A DNA stretch of 64,000 nucleotides. It comes from Hydrolagus colliei. Taxonomy: Eukaryota. The notes under the pieces were generated by a model. That model worked only from the letters and a program-made list of their open reading frames with translations. It did no database searches and had not been told where the DNA came from. The stretch lies in NCBI GenBank assembly GCA_035084275.1, contig CM068769.1, forward strand, positions 1,426,001 to 1,490,000, given 5' to 3'. Positions 37,925 to 49,398 of the stretch are shown here, one piece after another (the first letter of the stretch is position 1; every line of letters starts with the position of its first letter). Position numbers and translations under genes: made by a program.

Positions 37925-38300
37925 TTTACAACAATAACAACAACAACATTACATTTGTAAAACGACTTTCACGTCAGGAGGACGTCCCAAGGCGCTGGAC
38001 AGTAATTGGTTCAGATCCGAACTGAGGAAAAGTTGAGTGGGGCGAGGAGATGCCGATGGGTTCTTCGAAGAGGAGAGTCTTCAGGCGGATTCTTGAAGGA
38101 CGCTAGGGAGCTGTCGACGGTTTGGCCTGCGAAATGGATTTCCAGAGTATAGGGGGGCAGAGTGGCTGACGGCTAGCCCGCCAACGCTTGTGCGGATGGG
38201 TCATGGGTGGTGGAGCAGATTAGAGTTAGCTGAGTGGATGCGTCGGGCAGTTTGCTAGTGGGATAAGAGGTCAGGGATGCAGGGTGGGGCGAGATTTCAG
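37925..38300 (-). mobile_element. L2 3' fragment inserted at a V-RSS junction
   Basis: (aca)n tail and gactttcacgtcaggaggacgtcccaagg L2 end. Confidence 0.8.
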
Positions 38301-38302
38301 GT

Positions 38303-38470
38303 TACTTTAAATGCCACAGTGTTTCGCAGCAGTGTCAGATAGCAGCGGATCAGAGATAACCAAAGTAAGTGTTGGAAGTATCAGAGATGTATAACTGAGC
38401 ACAGAAACAATTTCGAAATCCCATGGCATTAACTTGATTGTTTCCTCGCAGAATATCCACGAATTGTAAA
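38303..38470 (-). pseudogene. V pseudogene remnant (FR3), related to the V41 family
   Basis: Two overlapping frames give GFRNCFCAQLYISDTS and TLVISDPLLSDTAAKHCGI*, compared with GFGNQFSAQIYKTNTS in V41 and the SDSAVYYC consensus. Confidence 0.65.
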
Positions 38471-39117
38471 TTCCTGCAGCTTTTCTCGCTACCAAAAGAG
38501 ATTTTAATAGCTAACAGGAGTAGAATAAAAAATATTAGTAGTAACACCAAATATTATCCACTCCAGAAAGAAACGCAATAATCAAATTGGTCTTTAAATC
38601 CGTGACCGTCTGTGGGAAGCTGCTGTGCAAAACTAGCTGCTGCATTTCACCCACAAATTTAGTCATAAGACTACACAATACATTATGTGAAGCGCGTTTT
38701 GACGTTACAGAAGACGTGAAAACCGCTATTGCAAATGCAAGAAATATTACTACAATGTCTGCGTTAACAGTCATGGCACCGCTAACGAATATTCTTTTCC
38801 AGAGCGTATGTTTGAGGGAGTTGACTCGATGATCTTGTTGTACAACATGCGAGCATTGTCTCAGAAACGAAGATTCTTGGTGGAATTATTAACTCGGAAA
38901 AAAAGCAGCAAAGTTTTGTTATTCTGTATTATTCATCTACAACATGTACATTCAAGTCACTTTAAGTAGATACTTTGCAGCCCTTTGGGACGTTTCTGGA
39001 AGTCATAGGCGGTATATTAAATACAAGTATAATTACCGTTTTATAAATGCGGATTACTTTTCTCTTTCGCTTGACGCAACGGCGCCTCTTGTGGTTTAAC
39101 TGCATTGGTACAGTTGA

Positions 39118-39156
39118 CGTATTTGTACGAAGCCCCCATGCCATGCCTACAAGGTG
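39118..39156 (-). other. Weak 23-RSS of V39 (CACCTTG-23-ACAAATACG)
   Basis: CAC retained, spacer of 23, nonamer 7/9 match. Confidence 0.8.
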
Positions 39157-39460
39157 GGAAGCTTGGCGCAGTAATAGAGGGCACTGTCATCGATCAGGAC
39201 GGTGTCAATTCTCCGTTCAAAATATTCTCTTATTCTATGGACGGTGGAGTGAAAGCGAGCTGGAAAGTTAGGATTCCTGTCATCCTTCCCTGCAATGGGA
39301 GACAGTATATAGACAGGAGCGTTCCTTGATGCTTGTCTGTACCAGAAGAGGCTATAGGGATCACTTATTTTCTTCAAGGTGCAGGATATTGTCACGTCTT
39401 CTCCCTCTCGTATCAACAGATCAGCAATCGAATGTTTCCCCGTGTTCTGCAGGCTGTTAC
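39157..39460 (-). CDS. Divergent TCR V exon (V39), open frame, leader uncertain
   Basis: cacag acceptor; GNSLQNTGKHS...TISC...FWYRQ...ARF...DDSALYYCAKLP. Confidence 0.85.
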
Positions 39461-40429
39461 CTGTGGCGAAATTGAACAGCCTAGTTGAGCCGCAATCTTA
39501 TATTAGTTGATATCCTGCATTATATTGCTCAGAGCTCTAGTTTCTCAAGCGAGTGGACCTGGGTTCATTTCTCTGGCATGGCTAACCATAGCTAAATTAC
39601 CATGCAACCTTTGCCTCAAGCAGTAAGTAGACATTATTTGTGTCAAGCAGTAAGTAGAATTTTGTTGTCAGATTGTCTTCCTGGAGCAATTATCCCTTCA
39701 GCAATCAATCAATTGCTGCCCCGCCCACAATAAAATAGACACTAATGCAGTTACTAAATCGAAGATTATTCTTGTAATACTGCTCTATACAGTTGGCTGT
39801 TGTGGTTCAACCCTGAGTTATACAGCCAATCCATTTCTTCAATGTAATACACTTGAAGACATTTGAGATGTCTTGAATAGGTGGTCACCTGGCTCCACAC
39901 TCTGGAACTCCATCCCTCAATCCCTTGGCCTCGCTTCCTCCCTTTCCTCCTTCAATGCCGGTCTCAAAAACTTCCTCTTCGACCTTGCCTTCTGCTCCCA
40001 TCCTAGCTCTTCACCCTTTCCTACTCTCTGTCTCCATACCCGACATTTGCCCCCACCCCCACTCGGTTCCCGACTTAACGTTTCAGCACCAAGGGACGTC
40101 CTGCCGACCTCAATGGTGCTATTTTCATATAATGTTGTTGTTTTTCTTGTGATAAAGAACGATACGACATGCAACGATTATTAACATGATACTTTTGTAA
40201 AAAGAATAAATAAGGTATTAAAAAATCAATTTTTTGAAATGTCTTACGGCAAAGCAAAGCGAGCTTTATTGTAAGCATAGTCCACATCTCCCAGATAATC
40301 ATTGTGATCCTTTGTCTGACATTAACTCTCTAGCTCACGGCTGTTCATTGTGAATGTTGATGAAATGGAGAGACTTGCAGACATTGCAGGAGCAATGTCT
40401 GCAATGTTTCCACACGCAGCCTCGCTTAC

Positions 40430-41210
40430 CTAATCACTGCTACGACCATGCAAAGTCACGCCCAGAAAGTCATTGTACCAAACACACAGAGCCAGGCCCA
40501 CTCAGACATTTCCCCGCCCACACACGGCCCCGCCCATCAGTCACTGCCCCGCGCACAAAGCGCCCCGTCCACTCAGTCACTGCCCCACCTACACAGAATC
40601 CAGCATACACAGCAACTTCACCGCTCAACACAGAGTCCCGCCCACTCAGTCACAGCCCCGCCTACACAGAGCCCCGCTCACTGAGTCGCTACACCGCCTA
40701 CACAGAGTCCAGCCTACTAAGCAACTTCCCCTCCCACACAAAGCCCCGCCCACCTAAAACCTCGACCACCCTCTCACTGTCAGATGCAGAGACAGCACCT
40801 CCCACCCAGAGCCACGCCCACAGAATCTGCGCCGCGATCACGTAGCGCCGCCCACACAGACAGGGCCACGCCCTCACGTAGCCCCGCCCACACAGACAAG
40901 GACACGCCCTCACAGACCCCCGGCAACAGACTCGGTTCCTCACAGGTCCTGCCCAATAAATTGCTGCCACACCCACAATACGTTGAGCACCTTCTGTTGT
41001 TTCCACAGACCTGACTAACACCAATTGCAGGTTTTTTGCGAAACCTCCGGTTTATTGACACGTCCTCTCCTCTCCGCTGCCCCGGGTTCTCTTTGTTTTC
41101 CTTGCCCTGTCTCCCCCCATCTCTGTCAGAGCAGCCTCTCCCTCGCAACACGCTACAGTTCTCACGATGCGTGGCTGACATGAAATGCAGGCTCACATTC
41201 CTTAGCATCT
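40430..41210. repeat. GC-rich degenerate tandem array of CCCCGCCC / TCAGTCA motifs plus unique sequence abutting the truncated V41
   Basis: About ten ccccgcc(c/t)a or ccacgccc motifs in about 450 bp, CpG-rich relative to flanks. Confidence 0.7.
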
Positions 41211-41235
41211 CAGATATTGCCTGATTATTATTATT

Positions 41236-41488
41236 ATTAAACTGGTGGAAGTGTTGGTTTTGTATATCTGAGCAGAGAATTGATTGCCAAACCCCAATAC
41301 TGTGATAAGATTACCAATCCCAGCAGAGAATAACCGAAATATAAACCCTGGTTGGCTGTTTGGGTAATGTATGTACCAGTAAAGATAATAACTGTTTCCA
41401 GTGTTGGGATAGGGAATCTCTAAAGTTGCGGAGTCTCCTTCTTTGTGAACCATCGCAGCCGCTTTGTGACCGACAGTGTCGCCAGCCG
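41236..41488 (-). pseudogene. TCR V pseudogene (V41): Cys23 lost, no acceptor AG, 3' end and RSS missing
   Basis: GDTVGHKAAAMVHKEGDSATLEIPY...LYWYIHYP...FSAQIYKTNTSTSL then (ata)n; related to V34.9. Confidence 0.85.
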
Positions 41489-42097
41489 AGAGTTTTGTAA
41501 TAGAAAATGAAGAGTAGGTCAATATATTATCTACTACTTGCCTCAATTATTTTTCCGTAGTTTGGGAAACTGACCCCACTTGAACGGTTCTATGAATAAA
41601 TCATTGATTAAAAATGAAATAATTATTAATGTTGAATTATATGTAGCGTATTTTTACGAATTTGTATCGTCTGAATTTGCAGCACAGAATATGCTGTCTA
41701 GTGAATTCCAATGTATTATTGAGTAGGAAACACGGCAGCCAATTTTTTACAGCAATCAACCGTGGATTGAGTATTCAATTATTTTTCAAATTTGTTGAAG
41801 GGTTGATTGCTCTAGGAAATCACAGCTGCCAATGGACTCAAAGTATTCAAGTGGACAATTTATTATTAATAATCTTTTTATACAGCGAATAAAGGAACCG
41901 TATTCCTACTTTCCGCTGGTAATCTTGCCTACAGTAACCCCCCCCCCCCCCCCCCCCCCACCCCACCCAATAATCAAAATCAGTTTCCCTCGCTTGTGAG
42001 ACGAGGACATTTATCACTCGACTACATTTGTCCATTAATTGTTCAAGTTTAGTTGGCAATCCGGTAGGAACACTATCTCAGCCAAACAGGACCTCAT

Positions 42098-42143
42098 CTG
42101 AAATAAAGGTTGCCAGCATTAGACAGACAGCAAACATCCCCAT
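42098..42143 (-). pseudogene. Leader exon of V41 with dead donor (GT>AT)
   Basis: MGMFAVCLMLATFIS + g followed by atgagg instead of gtgag; CRE-like TGACGT at about 42235. Confidence 0.65.
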
Positions 42144-43337
42144 TGTTGGTCTCCAGCCTCTGTGGTTATGTCTGAGGCCTCAGCTGGATGATACCGCACC
42201 ATGCCTTGTCGACATTGGTAGAGCCCATCCACTCACGTCATCTCATTGACTTCTCACACACTTTGTACACGAACAATGACCTAATGCTTTCACACAGCGC
42301 CAGCGCCTGGAGGGGTGAATCCTTACACTCTGATCCAGATTACAATGCAAAGCATAGCCTCAACGTGCAGGCTGGCCATATTAGTAATATCATCACAATC
42401 CTTCCAGTTCTGATAGCGCCTTATTTTTGTGGTCCAGACATCACAAAATGCAGTGGGGTCAGTTAACTCTATGTTGTGAGCGAATTGCCAGACAATTGAT
42501 GCACAGCAGTGTCTGGTGAACAATCATGGATGCAGCGTTGTCAAACAAATGGCCAGATTATAGCCATTGTGTTTCTTGAAGGAATTACTTCATGTGGAAA
42601 TGTGTGTCCACCTAACGCTAGATAAACAAACTTCTGTAGGGGACGGAAACTTGCCCAACAATTTCCCCTTCTGGAAATCGAACCCAGGATACTCAATTGC
42701 GGGTCAAGTGCTTTTTTAAACTACTATTGTGTAATAGGTTTTGCTTTGCTTGTTTCCCTCATGGGATCATCGATCTGATTGTTTGACTGTTAGATCATAG
42801 GTCAATGTGATGTTCACATCGTGTCTTTGTCTCCTATCCAACAGGAAAGCGCTGCTGCCAACTCTGTAGAGATACAAAATCCATTCCATTGGACACTATT
42901 CGTTTGCGTAGTAGTTTCTCACTGTTACCCAGGCTGTTGTTGTTGTACAGTATTGTACAGCGTTAAAGGAATATTAGCATATTGTCGACAACAAAATCGA
43001 ATACATTTGTTTTACCGAAGTGAGATCCATCAAATGGCAGCTGCTGTTTGGGAGACAAAATGAGTAATAAAAATGGACAGATAAATTATTTTTTGAAAGC
43101 AATAGGTTAGTCCTGCTTGAGAAATACTGGTACATTTGTGACTGGATCAGATTATGAGCAAGAATGGTGATTGCCAGAGCATTGAACTGTTTCTTCAAGT
43201 CGTGGATCTACCTGTCCATGTCAGAAACAAGTGTGAATATTTTTGAATATTGTCCCAGTGAACTGATATGCAAAGCGACCACCAAAGTATGTTGCTTGCT
43301 GTTAATACAGAGGCGTGTGTATTAACGAACGGATGTT

Positions 43338-43406
43338 TTGTTCTGCCATGACTGAACCCAGGTGCTCTCACATGTAAGGCAACTGCTGTAACCACTGAGA
43401 TTCAGG
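43338..43406 (-). mobile_element. tRNA-like SINE head just 3' of the V43 RSS
   Basis: cctgaatctcagtggttacagcagttgccttacatgtgagagcacctgggttcagtc. Confidence 0.7.
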
Positions 43407-43418
43407 CCTCAGTCTGTG

Positions 43419-43457
43419 AGTTTGTGTATGGCAGAAACGCTGATCAGTGCCTTTGTG
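43419..43457 (-). other. 23-RSS of V43 (CACAAAG-23-ACACAAACT)
   Basis: Spacer counted as 23; both motifs degenerate. Confidence 0.85.
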
Positions 43458-43767
43458 GGGCTCAGTGCACAGTAATACACAGCAGAATCTGGAAGTCTCA
43501 CTTGGGATATAATTAATGGCACGGTTCTCTCCGCTTTATCCACCTTCGTTGAAAAACGTTCTGTTGGAAAATCTGCATGACGATGGTCTTTGCTTCTGGA
43601 GTGTATCTGAACGATATATCCTGGAATTTGTTTGGGATAGAGACCACACCATATCAGGTAAGGATTGCTGTCGCTTGTCGTAAAATTACGCTGCAGATGC
43701 ACATCTTCGCCTTCGTCCATTGCTACAGTTGATTGGGGCTGTGTTACACTATCTCCTACACACTGCC
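43458..43767 (-). pseudogene. TCR V exon (V43), open frame but Cys23>Arg
   Basis: GDSVTQPQS...HLQRNF...LIWCG...ERFS...DSAVYYCALSP. Confidence 0.85.
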
Positions 43768-44104
43768 CTGGAAACCAGACACACTTGAACGTTCAGCAAA
43801 ATAAGAACAATAATAAAATTTGAACATGTGGATGTGGCGTCTCACTTCTTCTAGACCACTCAAACTCGCGGTTCAGTAAAAACAACAATGAGTGGGGGGT
43901 AAGTAAACACGCCTCACGTATCACCTTGTTTGACCCGTGAATCGAACCCACATAATCATGCTTGTGAGGCGAATACTCTAACTTTTTACGTACAGGTCTC
44001 GACAAATCCATGAGTAATGACACGTATTGGTTACTTTGTACAAGAAAAGATGGGGTGGATAATATATCTTATCAGCAACATTCTATAATTCGTGTGTGTC
44101 TTAC

Positions 44105-44144
44105 CTGACAAGGTAATGACGACTGATACCATGTATATATACAT
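44105..44144 (-). CDS. Leader exon of V43 (MYIYMVSVVITLS-G)
   Basis: 13 codons + 1 nt, GTAAGA donor, homologous to the leaders at 54422 and 59343. Confidence 0.85.
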
Positions 44145-44320
44145 TGCCATATGTATTTAATGCCCTGGAGTGATAAGAGAGTGATGATGCTGCAGTTGCA
44201 AATGTTGGTCGGGAAGCAGTGAGATGCTGTGAGGAGGGCTGAACAGTAAATTACTTACACAAGTTCCCATACACCGTGAGGGAGCAGGTCTGCGGTTTAT
44301 GTGCAACAAGGTTTTCTATG

Positions 44321-44420
44321 TCATTAAGCGTCATTTGCTCTGCTCTGCCATCTCGCTCCTCCATTGGTTCTCCACCAACCCTGACATTTCTTTGATCAAC
44401 CAGGTGTCTGACACATGCAC
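44321..44420 (-). promoter_or_regulatory. Conserved upstream block of GDSVTQ-family V genes (CRE half-site, CCAAT); copies at 54641-54740 and 59521-59620
   Basis: gcgtca...ctctgctctgccatctcgc.cctccattgg.tct...ctgac.t..ctttgatc is present upstream of all three leaders. Confidence 0.7.
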
Positions 44421-45999
44421 CAACTTACTCCAATAATCCTGTTACAATTCGTCCAAACACATATATGATATTAACGCAATTGTACTTCCTGCGGATTCCT
44501 ATATCTTAGTGGTGTCAACACCCACCCCACAAGCAACGTGTCTGTGTTAGATTATTGCAGGGCGAATTCTTAGATAAGTTTCCTATCTCTACCCACACAA
44601 TTCTATTTGCACTGCAATCAGTAGCAGTTCGATTATTTGTCGATTGATCTGGTTGTGTTTCATTGTTAATAATCATTCATAAAATAAGCTATTGAATACA
44701 ACACTGTTTGTGTGACATTCCTGTGCAGATTTGGTAGCCTGGTTTCGCCTGCAAATCGCCGAGTCACAATATTTTACAATATAGTATGAAGCGATTAGTG
44801 ATGTCTCAAGTTGGACATGGTATTCAGTGGAATACACTGAGTGTATACACAAGGCTAGATAGTGAAGTAATCTGTGATGGTTTCACATTCCCTGGGACAG
44901 CTGGCGATTTGGTAAAGAGGTGAAACAATCCTTTGGGTGTTAGTTGGGTGGTGGTGGGGGGTTCAAAGCCAACGGGGAGGAGCCATGTGGCGTCAGCAGT
45001 TTCTCAGATGTCTCTGCCCCAGTTAGTTGAACTATTATTCGTGCCTCGTTTCCGCTCCAAGCTTCTGGGTTTGGGCAATAAACAAATTTTTCTAGCATAA
45101 CTCGTGCGTGCAAGATAGGTTCTGTGTATTTTAATTCGCTGAATTCAGCTTCATGTGTTAACATCACCATTTGCAAACCGTGGCGATGAAGCATTGGGAA
45201 AGCCATCCAGATACTTGTGAGTATTCAGATCAAACTGTGTTCTGTATTTATGACAGTATTTGCTAAAGCAGCTTATTATGGAAGAGTCTCTAAGTGTTTG
45301 ATTTGATGTAACATAAAGTCTACCGATGGTGTATTTTGTACCAGAGAATTCCACATCACATCATCTTGCAAATATTAATGCATAGAAGGCCATCCACCAA
45401 TCGATTATAAACCAGAATCCAACTTGCTTCTCGGCAGAGAAACCCCAATCATGCTAATCATTGCTTTTTATATAGTGCTTTTGACATCATATTAACGTCC
45501 AAAAGCGCTTCTCAGTGTATACCGTTAAGTGAAATGAACACAGAAGATACTGGGAAACGCAGTAGGTTAGGAACATCAATGGAGAAAGGAAAATGAGTCG
45601 AGCTTTCGGGTCCACGATCCTTCGGCTGAATTTTGCAGTTTTTTTTTTTTGTATACAGTAAAGTGAATTGACTGCATATTTGTGGGCGAAACCCGGCAGC
45701 TGATTGAACACAGAAGTGTCCCTCGAAGCGTCGTCGGTTGCAAATGACCAATATATATTATTTGTCGGCCGGATTATTATTGGGCAATTAGGACAAGGAA
45801 GTTTGCCCCAGGTTTCTCCGTGTTCAGCCTAGTCTCACGCTTGTAAGGTGAGTGTTCTCACCGCAGAGCTCAAGGAGTAGTTGGAACTAATCACGTCTTC
45901 CACATGCTACTAAATCTGTACTGGTTGTACAGTGATGTGGAATGACTGTGTATGTTTCCTGCTGAATGTAGCAGCCACACTTGCACAGCAGTGTCCCAC

Positions 46000-46237
46000 A
46001 AACAGTCATCGACTGAAGAGGAACACTTTTTAAAATCAATAATTATTCCCACGAAAGCGATCCGCCATTCGACGAAAAACTGTATTCCTACTTAATGCTA
46101 TGTAAATATTTGTATGTGTGTGTGTGTGTATGTGTGTGTGTGTGGAGTAATGTAGCACGTCTAGTAGGTCGCCATGTGGCGAATGAAACTCAGGTCCGCT
46201 TGTTTACGAGGCGAGTGATCTGAATGTTGAGCTACAG
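46000..46237 (-). mobile_element. SINE whose tRNA-like head starts about 12 bp 3' of the V46 RSS nonamer
   Basis: ctgtagctcaacattcagatcactcgcctcgtaaacaagcggacctgagtttcattc, then ttactccacac core and body. Confidence 0.75.
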
Positions 46238-46248
46238 TAACCTCAGCA

Positions 46249-46287
46249 TGTTTTTGTACAGGATCCTCTTAGACACGCAGCACTGTG
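46249..46287 (-). other. 23-RSS of V46 (CACAGTG-23-ACAAAAACA)
   Basis: Consensus heptamer and near-consensus nonamer, spacer of 23. Confidence 0.95.
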
Positions 46288-46570
46288 CTCTCTGCTGCAC
46301 AGAAGTACGTGGCGATATCTGTCACTCGCGCGTCTCTCATTGTCAGTGTGCTGTTCTTCTCTTTTCTATCAGCCAAAGCACTTATCCTCTCTTCCGCCTT
46401 GATCTCTCTGCTTCCCTTCACCAGCAACTGGATGGAGCCGTTTTCATACTGTTTGTACCATTGGAAGGCTGGGCTGAGCAGAGTCGTGTTGCAATCGATG
46501 GATACATTTTCGTTTTCATTCGCTGTCAGTATCTGAGGCCTCTGTGACACTTCTCTTTCAGCCACGACAC
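46288..46570 (-). CDS. TCR alpha/delta-like V exon (V46, E-R/S-EV family), intact
   Basis: ccccag acceptor; VSIDC...FQWYKQ...ERISA...TDIATYFCAAE. Confidence 0.93.
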
Positions 46571-46686
46571 CTGGGGAAAAGACATGTACATTCTTGGAAA
46601 CAAATTCGGAAAATACCCAGAATAAAACTTGTCCTTATTTAGTAGGAAAACAAGGATGCATTTATCCAAACTTGCACTCAACTTAC

Positions 46687-46744
46687 AGAAGAGCGAAATC
46701 ATGAAATTAAACGTAATATGTGTTGCTTGGCAACTTGGCTTCAT
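46687..46744 (-). CDS. Leader exon of V46 (MKPSCQATHITFNFMISLF-C)
   Basis: 19 codons + 1 nt, GTAAGT donor. Confidence 0.85.
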
Positions 46745-46893
46745 TCTCAATCCTCGTCGTTTCATGTCAGAATCTCCGGGTGAAATGCATGGAGACACCA
46801 GCTAACTGCTGATATACGTTCATGAATGTTTGTCGAGTGCCGCTAACTGTGTAGTTTGTAACTATACTTTGGGTGACGCCACGACTGACGTCT

Positions 46894-46912
46894 CATTTCC
46901 TGTATGTTTGCT
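46894..46912 (-). promoter_or_regulatory. ETS-like promoter motif conserved upstream of V46, V55 and V60 (also 56293-56311 and 61142-61160)
   Basis: ca(c/t)ttcc(t/g)g(t/c)atgtttgct, 100-150 bp upstream of each ATG. Confidence 0.65.
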
Positions 46913-47249
46913 TGCGTGACATTCATTCCCCAATCGACTACAAGCAGCGTTCGTTTATTCCAGAAGATAGGAAGTGATTGCACTTTTCAATATAGTCTTG
47001 CAATCACTTTGAATCAGTTGAATTACGTAATCTGTTGCTGCATCTCATGCAGCAACAGATTCACCCACAAATATAAACAGTCAATTCACTTTACAGTGTA
47101 TTCTGTGAAGCGCTTTGGGACGCTGATAAGATGTGGAAAGCGCTATATCAAATGCAAGGATTATTAGATTATATATTACTTAAGCAAACATAGCTATTAC
47201 TGTTCGTAATATTATTATAGGTTCTAATTGGAATGTCTTATCGGAAGAA

Positions 47250-48434
47250 CTTTCAAAAGGCATTTGACAAAGTGCCACATGAGAGACTTATTATGAAATT
47301 AAAGGCCCATGGCGTAAAAGGGACAGTGGCAGCGTGGATCCACAACTGGCTGCGAGACAGAAAGCAGAGAGTTGTAGTGAGCGGCTGTTTTTCAGATTGG
47401 AGGGAAGTGAGCAGTGGTGTGCCACAGGGATCGGTTTTGGGACCATTGCTGTTTGTAATCTACATCAATGATCTGGACTTGGGTATACGGAGTACAGTTT
47501 CCAAGTTTGCAGATGACACTAAGTTAGGGAGAATAGTAAACAGTGAGGAGGATAGTAGCCATCTGCAAGAGGATATAGACAAATTGGTAAAGTGGGCAGA
47601 CACATGGCAGATGAAGTTTTATGCAGAGAAGTGTGAGGTGATGCATTTTGGGAGAAGAAATGAAGGGAGGCAATATAGGCTAGATAGTACAATTTTAAAT
47701 GGTGTAAAGGAACAGAGAGACCTGGGGATTTGTGATAGTGACTCGTTGAAGGTGGCAGGACAGGTAGACAAGGCTGTTAAGAAGGCATATGGGATACTAG
47801 GCTTTATAAATAGGGGTATAGAGTACAAAAGTCAGGAAGTGCTGAATAAACTCTATAGGTCTTTGGTGAGGCCTCAGCTGGAATACTGTGTTCAATTATG
47901 GTCACCACACTACAGAAAGGATGCGAAGGCATTGGAAAGGGTACAACGAAGATTTACTAGGATGGTGCCAGGATTGAGGGACTTCAGCTATGAGGAGAGG
48001 CTAGATAGGCTAGGGTTATTCTCTCTGGAGCAGAGAAGATTGAGGGGAGACCTAATAGAGGTTTATAAGATCATGAGGGGTTTCGACAGGGCAAATAGAG
48101 AAAAACTATTTCCACTCGTGGGTGAATCTGTGACTCGTGGTCACAGATTTAAAATAGTTTCAAGGCGCAGTAGAGGGGAGCTGAGGAGAAATGTTTTCAC
48201 TCAGTGAGTTGTTCGAATCTGGAATGCATTGCCTGAAAAGGTGGTGGAGGCTGATTCGATAACAACTTTTAAAAGGGAATTAGATCTTTATTTAGGGAGA
48301 ACGGGTCTATTAGGCTATGGGGAGCGGGCAGGGCAGTGAGATTGAATCGCTCTTTTCAAAGAGCCGGCACAGACTAGATGGGCCAAATAGCCTCCTTTTG
48401 TGCCGTAAAATTCAATGATTCTATGATTCTATGA
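47250..48434 (+). mobile_element. Young 5'-truncated CR1 between V46 and V49
   Basis: ORF 47233-48207 is the RT C-terminal half; (attctatg)n tail. Confidence 0.97.
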
Positions 48435-49061
48435 ACTGTCCATATATGTATTTATTTAGCTATAAAAGCTACTTCCATGCATTATTATGTCAAGTTATTG
48501 AAGCGTCTCATAGGTCGACATCGATTTTACTCTGGAGGGCAGACACAGAATATTTGGCAAACTCAGCATTTAGTTTGTGTAACACAATGTCCCACGATCA
48601 CCTGTGAAGTGACCGCACAATTGTGCTGGTAGAATGTGTGCCAAAGCACCAGTAGAAACTCTGTTCACCCTGGAGCAAAGCCATGAAATGATTATTGCTT
48701 CTTGCTTCAAGTCACGTGAAACTCACTTTCTTGTCTCCATGGATTGACAGCTTCTCCGACACTGCAGCCACCGCCAGGACAAGCGACCCACTAAGTGGCT
48801 AACAGACAGGTTACAATGTACCGCTGTAACCTGCTGTAAACGTGTATTTTTATGCCGAGTATGGGACCATGCATAAGGATTTGGGACTCGGACTGAGAAT
48901 CCAACTCAGGTCCACTCGGTTGCAAGGTGAATACTCAATCCACTGTCCTGCTGGACTCCTCAGACTCTGCACAACATCCCCTCTGTTGTACTCTTGTAAT
49001 CACATAAAATTACTGAAAGCGCCAAGTTCAATGTGTGAGAGGAACTCATGACTATCTAGTG

Positions 49062-49100
49062 AGTTTTTGTACGAGGACTCTGCCCTTCTGTAACAGTGTG
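49062..49100 (-). other. 23-RSS of V49 (CACACTG-23-ACAAAAACT)
   Basis: Spacer counted as 23. Confidence 0.9.
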
Positions 49101-49398
49101 GGCTCCACGGCACAGAGATACACGGCGCTGTCACTCACAACCACCCTGAGAATCTGCAAGTTAATTAGTTTCTTCCCCTTGTTCACCTCGGCAGTGAAAC
49201 GGTCAGCAATTCCAATAGCTTTATCTACCTTTCCCGAGGCATATATCCTGAGGACATACTGAAGAGCTCCATCATGATATTGCCTGTAGCAGAAGATAGT
49301 GTCTATGCTTGAAACGTTCATTCTTATTGTCACGTTTTGTCCTTCAAGTTCTGTTATCTCAGGGGGGGTCTGGTATATGACACCACTCCCATTGGCCA
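49101..49398 (-). pseudogene. TCR V exon (V49), open frame but lacks Cys23 and has Trp41>Cys
   Basis: GVIYQTPP...VTIRMNV...IFCYRQ...DRFTA...SDSAVYLCAVEP. Confidence 0.8.

Noticed and set aside
40354-41024. Pro/His/Thr-rich ORFs
   Set aside because: Translations of the GC-box repeat array, open in several frames, with no recognisable protein
41938-41968. Poly-C run as a regulatory G-quadruplex
   Set aside because: Simple homopolymer in a pseudogene intron, with no supporting context
44340-44360. ctgccatctcgc in GDSVTQ-family promoters as CTCF sites
   Set aside because: Four mismatches to the core consensus, and conservation is explained by cassette duplication
11222-47260. Two CR1 copies truncated within about 65 nt of each other, both near ttatcggaa
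   Set aside because: Only two events, and part of the motif is CR1-derived in one copy; compatible with chance
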